Assembly: GCA_009103225.1 (NCBI GenBank)
Contig: RHPI01002451.1
Span: 1-14,528, forward strand
DNA length: 14,528 nt
Direction of reading: 5' to 3'
DNA from: Chlorokybus atmophyticus
Taxonomy: Eukaryota > Plantae > Mesostigma and Chlorokybus algae
How positions within the stretch are numbered: position 1 is the first letter of the stretch; each line of letters starts with the position of its first letter. Position numbers and translations under genes: made by a program. This document shows positions 7,675 through 14,528 of the stretch, piece after piece. The notes under the pieces were generated by a model. It made no database searches. It saw only the letters and a list, made by a program, of their open reading frames with translations, and was not told where the DNA came from.

Positions 7675-8148
7675 TGTTAAAGATTGTGATCGGAGCAAAT
7701 GAAACTTTTCATATAGACTACGGCTAAAAGCCTTTTACGGATCCAGACAGCACACAATGTGAAGGTGTAAGCTGATCACAAACTTAATACTAACCAGATC
7801 AATCACAAAGATAAGGATGTGGACGAAACCACTGATTAGAAATAACAAAGAATGACACCTGATCCACTGCAAAGTGCCCACCAAGGTTAAAACATTATTG
7901 AGGATGCAGAGGTAAACAACCACTGTATAGCATTAGGATCAATGTTCTTAATGCATGATCTATCCAGCACTGAGTGCAGGATTTGGCCATTATTAAGTTC
8001 AAGAAAATACGGATACCAAATTTAATGCACGCCTTCTGTTTCATCTTAATGGCAGCTGAATACCAAACTAAGTTGTGACTAAAGCAAGAAAAGAGGTAGA
8101 AATCAGTACCCGGTTGCTATTAGATACCCGATTAAGTTACAGCTGGAT

Positions 8149-10040
8149 CTAAAACAAGTTGTGGTCCAAGCCAGACTGTTGGGGGGCCATTTCTACCGGT
8201 GCTGTGGAGGATGGCCCGGCGTCCCCTCGAGTTCGCCGTGGTGGCTGTACGCACGTAGGTGGGGTGACTTTCTTATGTTTCACTCCCATTGCTGCCGAAC
8301 GTGCCGTGTAGCGTGTGCGATATTCATCCTCCCTAACCTTCAGCATCGCGTGAAACTCATCCATCTGTGCTGTGCAGACAGCAACCACCTCTGTATTCTC
8401 CATCATAGGCGCCTTGCGGGCGGCGTTGCTTGCCTTGGGTCCAATTTAATGGTTCTTTTTTTGTTTCGGAGGGTTGTTCTTTCCCCGATAGCCGTTGTTG
8501 GCTGGCTCCTTGCCTTTATTGCCGTTATTGTTGTTGTTGTCGTAACCGCTGCTGCTGCCATTGTCGCTGCCTAAGGGTCTCGACTCAGAGTGCTTGGCGT
8601 AGCAGGCTGTCTCTAAGTGCCCGGTCTTGCGGCAGTGGTCACACACCAGGTTCCCGTATTCCTCCGTGCAGTCCTTCTGGTAGTGGCCGTGTCGACCACA
8701 CCGATGGCAGACGACAAGAGCAGGTAGTGCAGCGTGAACTGACCTCGCAGGAGATTGAGGTGTGTTGGTGGGATAAGACTTGCGGCCGTGTCGGCTAGGG
8801 TCTGGTGCAGAGGCAGAAGCACACGAGGGACCAGAGTTCATGTCCAATACGGCTCTCATCCACACCTGGGTTCATGGATTGCCTGGGCTGTTTTAAAGGC
8901 TTGAAGCAGCGAATACCCTTGTGGTCGGGTGTTGTTGAGAGCGTTGTCCACTGTATTATTCAGTGGAGGCTCCAGTTGGCTGACGAACACCACGGCGGCA
9001 GCTTCGTCGCTGAGGATCTTCTTGTTGGTGTCCAGCAGCAGCTTGACCATACGGGTGTAAGTGCGCAGAGAATCCTTCCCTGCCTTGCGCCTGAAGTAAC
9101 GCCACTCCTCCACGTTCTGACTGGTCTGTGGTGGGAATGTGCGCCGAAGCGCCAGATACAAGTCCAGCAAAGGTGACAACGTGCGGTCCACCCTAACAAT
9201 GAGGGCGGGTTCTCGTATGCTGACCAAGCTCGAAGACCGTGTACTGCCTGCAGCTGTTTCTCGGGTTCCCTGCGTCCTTGTCCGGATTGGAGTATCAGGT
9301 ACGATGACGCGCTGACGTGCTTGTGCTTCCTCGAGTGTAGTTTGTTGCTCGGTCGTAGCTTGAACGCAAAGAGTTGTACCTGGGACCGGCGTGCTTATTG
9401 CGCTGCCGCCAACTCGCGGTCGACCATGGCAGGAGCAACTGCTAGTATATCTGCTACAGCTGTCAACTGTGCTGCGGCCAAAGCTTCCGTAAGAGTAGGG
9501 CCTTGCAGTGGGACAGCTGGAATAATGGGCGTGGCAGGGAAGCCAGGAGTTGATGCTTCTTTGGGCAGAGCTCCGGTGCCGGCCAGAACTCCGTACCCTC
9601 CAATCTCATGCCGTGCAGCAACCGACCTATACACCTCATGTGCCTCGTGGTCTAAGCAAGTTGCAACCATGCGAAAAACATTACATCTGACCAGCTGGGA
9701 GTCGTGATCGAATGGTAGCTCATCCTGGAATCGAACTTGATGATCCATTCGTCTAGTGGTGTTGAGCCAGCACGTCCGGAGAGGGTGAGACCATGAGTGG
9801 AACCGGATGCCTCCATGTCGTTGCTGTCGAGCTAATTGATGAAGCTTTCGACTTGACAAGACTGAGTATGTCTAAAGCGGGGTACTGGTGAAGACCGGGG
9901 TCTGTCGATGTTGTCGTCGCCCTCTTCTTCGCCGTATCGTCCGTAGGATATGTTCAAGTCCAATCACCTGTTGAAGTCGCTGGTGGTCTCCTCGGCCACA
10001 AGGGAAAGAAAATGTACCGATGAGTGGACTCCCTGACTAG
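8149..10040 (-). pseudogene. gag: Gag family copy 2, frameshifted pseudogene (paralog of 113-1696) with C-terminal extension
   Basis: Fragments in different frames align to copy 1: LSGRAGSTPLDEWIIKFDSRM, CLDHEAHEVYRSVA..GYGVLA, SPLLDLYLALRRTF-PPQTSQNVEEWRYFRRK, GYSLLQAFKTAQAIH, CHRCGRHGHYQKDCTEEYGNLVCDHCRKTGHLETAC. Several frameshifts (about 9675, 9300-9370, 8860). ORF 8149-8406 is in frame with 8446-8865 across one TAA. No ATG was found at the expected start. Confidence 0.88.
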
Positions 10041-10252
10041 TGTAAACTCACTCGTGCAAGTCGCACGAGTGAGCGCAGAAGAGAGCGAGGCAGAGTGTGC
10101 GTGCTCTACTGGTGCTTCCCCAAGGCTACCACCCAACACACTAGTGCTTAAGAACGCACTATGTGCTGGCAATGATAACACGACACTGATGCAACCAAAG
10201 CCGCTGCAGAATGCAAGCCACACTGATGCACGACACTCACTTGTACAAGGAG

Positions 10253-10260
10253 GATGACAC
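10253..10260 (-). promoter_or_regulatory. Putative self-priming PBS of copy 2 (sense GTGTCATC)
   Basis: Follows the identical LTR end TTGACTTACA and is complementary to sense GATGACAC at 10606-10599. Confidence 0.65.
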
Positions 10261-10710
10261 TGTAAGTCAACAGCTACTACTAGAGTAGTGCTGCTTATAC
10301 AGTTTCTTATATGAGGTCGAGATAATTCCACTGTTAAGTGAGGTGTATGAATGCAGCAAGTCGTGGATACCACACTTATGCGGACTACACAACGTGCACC
10401 CACACAACCACAATCACATCAAGTGACAAGCAATGCACGTGTGCATACACTGCATTCTCTCACGTGTAGATGTGTGTTGGCCGAGGCGGTGAGGTGATGC
10501 AGTCACATCAAGCCACCACCTTCAGAGAGCAAGTCGCGAGCACTCCGAAGATCAACATCCATATTTCTTAGTTCCAAGTCTTTCAGTTCTCACTTATAGT
10601 GTCATCAACGTACAGAGACTAAGTCCTAGGCCCTTATAGTCAAGTGACACCTGTTTAATTCTAAATTGACGACTAGTTTATAAAATGACCTAGATCAAGC
10701 ATAAGTTACA
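10261..10710 (-). mobile_element. LTR of Gag-family copy 2 (outer end uncertain, 10710 or about 10893)
   Basis: TGTAAGTCAACA at 10261 is identical to copy 1, and GTTACA lies at 10705-10710. Shared blocks include cactgytaagtgaggtg, cgtggatac.acac and ttacaact. Confidence 0.6.
10632..10638 (-). promoter_or_regulatory. TATA box of copy 2 LTR (TATAAGG)
   Basis: Lies 32 nt upstream of the GATGACAC motif. Confidence 0.6.
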
Positions 10711-10792
10711 ACTCGCGACGAATCAGCTGGTACGGCTTATACTAGGTACCTACGAAGACTGACCAGCAACTGCTTCGTGTCGCGTGGGACTC

Positions 10793-10887
10793 ATGCCGGT
10801 AGCCGGGGTCGATGTCTGGCTGTAGGCACGATTGATAAAAAGGGTTGTCGATGCTGGTAGCACGGGAACGATGCTTGGCTGTAGGCA
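10793..10887. repeat. Duplicated 36/37-bp motif (58-bp spacing), also present once at 2482-2517
   Basis: atgccggtagccggggtcgatgtctggctgtaggca and atgctggtagcacgggaacgatgcttggctgtaggca, versus atgctggtagcccgggcgtggggctgggtgtaggca in copy 1. Confidence 0.75.
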
Positions 10888-10904
10888 TCAACAAGGAAGT
10901 TGGC

Positions 10905-13900
10905 CCCTCCTGGACCGCTGACATGACATCCTTTCGGCTTCCCACGTGTTGTGTCAAACACCATACCCTTTCCATTTCACCAAGTAATTACTTGGTGAAA
11001 ACTTATAAGTTGCCGCGCGTCCGTGTCGGGGCTGACAGTGACTCAGGATTGTTTCCACCTCGTACTCAAAATATCCTCGCCATCCACTGCGACAGGGGGT
11101 GGAGGAGGTTGAACCCGACCGTCTTAACGGTATGATTTTAATACACTCACATGAAACACGTTATGTATACGTATTGTGGTAACTCCAAACGATACGCGTG
11201 AGTGCCGACCCAATCAACCACTTTAAAAAGGGCGTATCCATTGAGGGAAAAACTTTCGGGTACCCATTCCCTTGATAGATATATTTTTAGTGCTTAAAAG
11301 CACCAAATTGCCCGCATCATAGACGGCATGCCTACGATGCTTATCAGCTTGGGCTATTTGCCTGTCTTGCACTGCGCGCAAACAGCTTTTTGCCAATGCT
11401 AGCCTGTCTTGCATGGCCGCAGCCATCTCGCGCGCTGCAGGCGCGCGAGTCAAGTCGCTAGCGGCAATTTAATACTCGCAGGACTTTGTGGATGCACTCC
11501 GTTATTCAAGAAAAACGGAGTTTCCTGCACACTCTCTTGCATTGTTAATCGCGAATTCAGCCATTGAAAGACAAATATCCCAATCAGACTGATTCAAACT
11601 CACGTAATGCCGAATGGTTTTCTCAATCACTTGATTGGCGCGTTCAGTTGGACCATCAGTCTGCGGAAGACCAGCGGTGCTCATGTGCTGCTATATCGAC
11701 AGGAAGTTGTTTGGAAGTTGCATAGCGACTTTCAAAACTGAGCCACACACCTCGGGTCACGGCCAAAGACAACGTTGCGAGGCAAGCCATGGAACTTGAA
11801 CACTAACGCGACAAAAACCATCGCTAGATCATGGGAGCCTATCACCGTACGGCAAGGAACAATGTGAGTAATTTTAGTCAAACGATCCACAAATACTGCA
11901 ACCGCAATATGACCCAATGCTGTGTCAGGGAGCTTAGTGCTAAGGTCTATACTCACACTTTCCCACTTATTGTCAGGGACTGTTTTTGTCGCACTAGCCC
12001 AGCGGGCTTTAGACGTAATGGTTTGTCACGTTGACATTTGTCACACGTGTCCACATACCGCTTCACATCAGCAGGCAACGATGGCCACTAATACAATTGT
12101 TGCGCTGCCTTAGTGGTCTTGCGACTACCAAAGTGCCCAGCATACGGTGGATCGTGTATATCCGCTATGCATATTACATGCAGTTCAGCATGGTCAGTTA
12201 TCACCAAACTGTTGCTCATGTAATACAGATTGTCGCATTTGTTAAACTTTTGTAACTACGGGTCCAAAGCGTACCCCTGTACAGCTTGCACAAACTCATC
12301 ATCAGGAGACAATGTGCTGCGTGTCGCGAGTAATTGCGCGCGCATCACCGCCGGTAATGACGGGCAGCGACTTAAAGGGTCAGCCACATTGGTTCTGCCC
12401 GGCCGATACACCCAATTAAAGGTAAATCGGAACAAAAACTCATTTTAGCGTGCTTGCTGTCTCCACAAGTTTTGCTGTATTAATACATCAACGGGTTGTG
12501 ATCAGTCACAACAGCAAACTGAACACCCTCTAAGTAACATCGCCATGTCTCAAGAGCATGAACTAAACCCAATTCTTCCGTTGTCATAGTGTAGTTCACC
12601 TCTGCAGGAATGAACTTCCTACTACTCTCATAAGCACAAGGTCTGCCATCTTGCAACAGTACCGCACCACACCCAAGTATTGATGCGTCACTGACCACTG
12701 TGAAGTGTTTGTCCCAATTTAGCAGTGCTAACACCGGCGCTGATGTTGAAGCCAACTTCACCTTTTGCATAGCAGCTTCATGTGCTGTCGTTCAAGTGAA
12801 CGGGGCATCTTTATGCAGCATTTTGGTCAAAGGCATGACAACTGTCGAGTACCCCATCATGAAAATGCAAAAGTAGTTTGCCAACCCTATAAACGACCTT
12901 TGTTGATGAACATTTTGAGGTTGGGGCCACTCTTTCACAACCTGCACTCTTCGAGGGTTAGGCTTGATACCCGCACCACTCACAATGTGACCAAGAAAGG
13001 GCACCTTCGTTTTACAAATCTCACACTTGGTGAGATTTGTTAACAAACGATGATTGCGCAATCTTCAAAACATCGCTTCCAAGTGTTGCCTATGTTCTTC
13101 CTTTGTTTTACAGAAGACAATGATGTCATCCAAGTATATCATGATATGTTGACCAAGCATATCATCGAAAATTTTATTCATTTCCTTCTGAAACACAGCA
13201 AGTGCATTAGTCAATTAAAAAGGTACACTCTGTATTAATAATGGCCCGTAGGTGTTTTGAATGCTGTATTATAGACATCTAAAGGGTGAATCCGGATTTG
13301 ATGATAACCACTTGTCAAGTCTAGCGTACTAAAGTATGCATATCCTGACAACGGGTATCCGTTTTGTACCGTGATGTTGTTTGGAGCACGGTAATCCACA
13401 CACATGCGCAACTTCCCGTTCTTTTTCAAACTAAACAAGATGGGTGCGCCAAAGGGTGAAGAACTTGGTTCAAGCAATCCCTTTTCCGATAACTCTTTTA
13501 TCTGCGTTTCCATTTCCCCCCTCTCACGAGGGCTCAACCTATATATAGGCCGAAATTGAGGCTCACTATCAGGAATCAAAGGTATTATGTGCCCGACACC
13601 TCGATCAGGGGACAAGCCCGGCAACTCATCTGACAATACATCCTGAAACTTCTCAATGATGTCCGCCACACCTTCTGTATTGCCTGGCACTACATGATCA
13701 TTCGATGTTAAGTGCATTGGAAAGGCAGGTGTGTTTTTACATAACGCACGCTTCACTTAATGCGCCGTAAGTAACGCAGGTTTTTTTTGCTTGTATTTCA
13801 ATCTATGCGACCCCAGCACGGACAAAGTGATGCGCTTACGCCTATTCTTTGCTGTGCACAACCGTGCAACAATATCTAACGTCATAGACACTTGATCTTG

Positions 13901-14150
13901 CCATTCTTGGCCAAATACCACATCAACACCAGCTATGTTAATGGGTACTATGATGAAAGTTTAATTGGCTTGATAACTACCAATGTTAACTTTCAACTTC
14001 ATTTCACCTTTTACTGATAACGCACCCCCAGTACCAGCAGCTGAGAAGGCTGAGGGTTTACACGCTATCTTATTGCGCATAACCCATTTTCTTCAACGTA
14101 ATTATGCGTTGCCCCGGTGTCAACCAAGAATGAGCTAGTAATACCCTGTG
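10905..14150 (-). pseudogene. pol: Ty3/Gypsy chromovirus pol (PR-RT-RNase H-IN-chromodomain), heavily degraded
   Basis: Protease FLVDTGATHNY (DTG at 14113-14121). RT SSSPFGAPILF, MCVDYR, LDLTSGYHQ and YLDD (13125-13136). RNase H VSDAS...TDHNPL (12480-12770). Integrase HDPPYAGH/CDKC (12034-12156), core VDRLTK...PQTDGPTER and GPF-like motif. Chromodomain EYEVETILSH...YLVKWKGYG.HNTWE (about 10905-11067). Many stops and frameshifts. Confidence 0.92.
10975..11000. repeat. Perfect 26-bp palindrome
   Basis: tttcaccaagtaa|ttacttggtgaaa, overlapped by the 12-bp palindrome aacttataagtt (11000-11011). Confidence 0.95.
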
Positions 14151-14332
14151 AAGGTCCACATTAAAGGTACTACTCGCCCTTGAAAGGTAGCCAAGAGACG
14201 TGACTGATGTGTGGGTTAATCAATAATGCTGACAACCGCACTGCCCCTGTCTCACGCTTTGTGAACTATTTCAACACGGTTCCCCCTTGAGTATGCTTTA
14301 GCCACGGTCCATGATACTTGGGCACTATAACN

Positions 14333-14528
14333 ACTTATTGTCAGGGACTGTTTTTGTCGCACTAGCCCAGCGGGCTTTAGACGTAATGGTTTGTCACGTT
14401 GACATTTGTCACACGTGTCCACATACCGCTTCACATCAGCAGGCAACGATGGCCACTAATACAATTGTTGCGCTGCCTTAGTGGTCTTGCGACTACCAAA
14501 GTGCCCAGCATACGGTGGATCGTGTATA
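14333..14528 (-). repeat. Exact 196-bp duplicate of the integrase zinc-finger region 11965-12160, starting right after an N
   Basis: Base-for-base identical by eye, offset 2368 bp. The N is at 14332. Confidence 0.9.

Noticed and set aside
7735-7923. Hydrophobic 62-aa minus ORF
   Set aside because: Short ORF in AT-rich DNA with no motif, expected by chance.
8133-8141. TGTAACTTA (minus) matching the candidate start of the copy 2 LTR, as a possible 3' LTR
   Set aside because: Similarity ends after 9 bp and there is no PPT.
8446-8465. A AAA AAG slippery heptamer just before the copy 2 TAA (possible -1 frameshift)
   Set aside because: The -1 frame closes after about 35 codons with no protease, and copy 1 has no heptamer at the equivalent site.

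Overview
This is a eukaryotic transposon cluster, most likely from a green alga (inferred from the Osser-type Copia primer site and an algal-style chromovirus; host not provable). No host gene, rRNA, tRNA or CRISPR array is visible, and every element lies on the minus strand. Left to right: (1) an almost intact 527-aa retrotransposon Gag with two CCHC knuckles (113-1696) and its LTR/leader (about 1700-2560); (2) a Ty1/Copia element (2929-7329) whose LTRs differ at only 2 of 395 bp, with a half-tRNA-iMet PBS, three in-frame TAG stops and no RNase H; (3) an AT-rich unexplained segment with a 79-bp tandem repeat (7330-8148); (4) a second, diverged and frameshifted member of the same Gag family with its own LTR/leader (8149 to about 10890); (5) a decayed Ty3/Gypsy chromovirus pol (PR-RT-RH-IN-chromodomain, about 10905-14150), then an N and an exact 196-bp duplicate of part of its integrase. 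The most interesting signal is in the two Gag-family leaders. Neither has a tRNA primer site. Instead, the 8 nt after the LTR end are complementary to an LTR sequence 32 nt downstream of a TATA box, with a compensatory G-C/A-U change between the copies and further conserved stems. This is the signature expected of Tf1-like self-primed reverse transcription.
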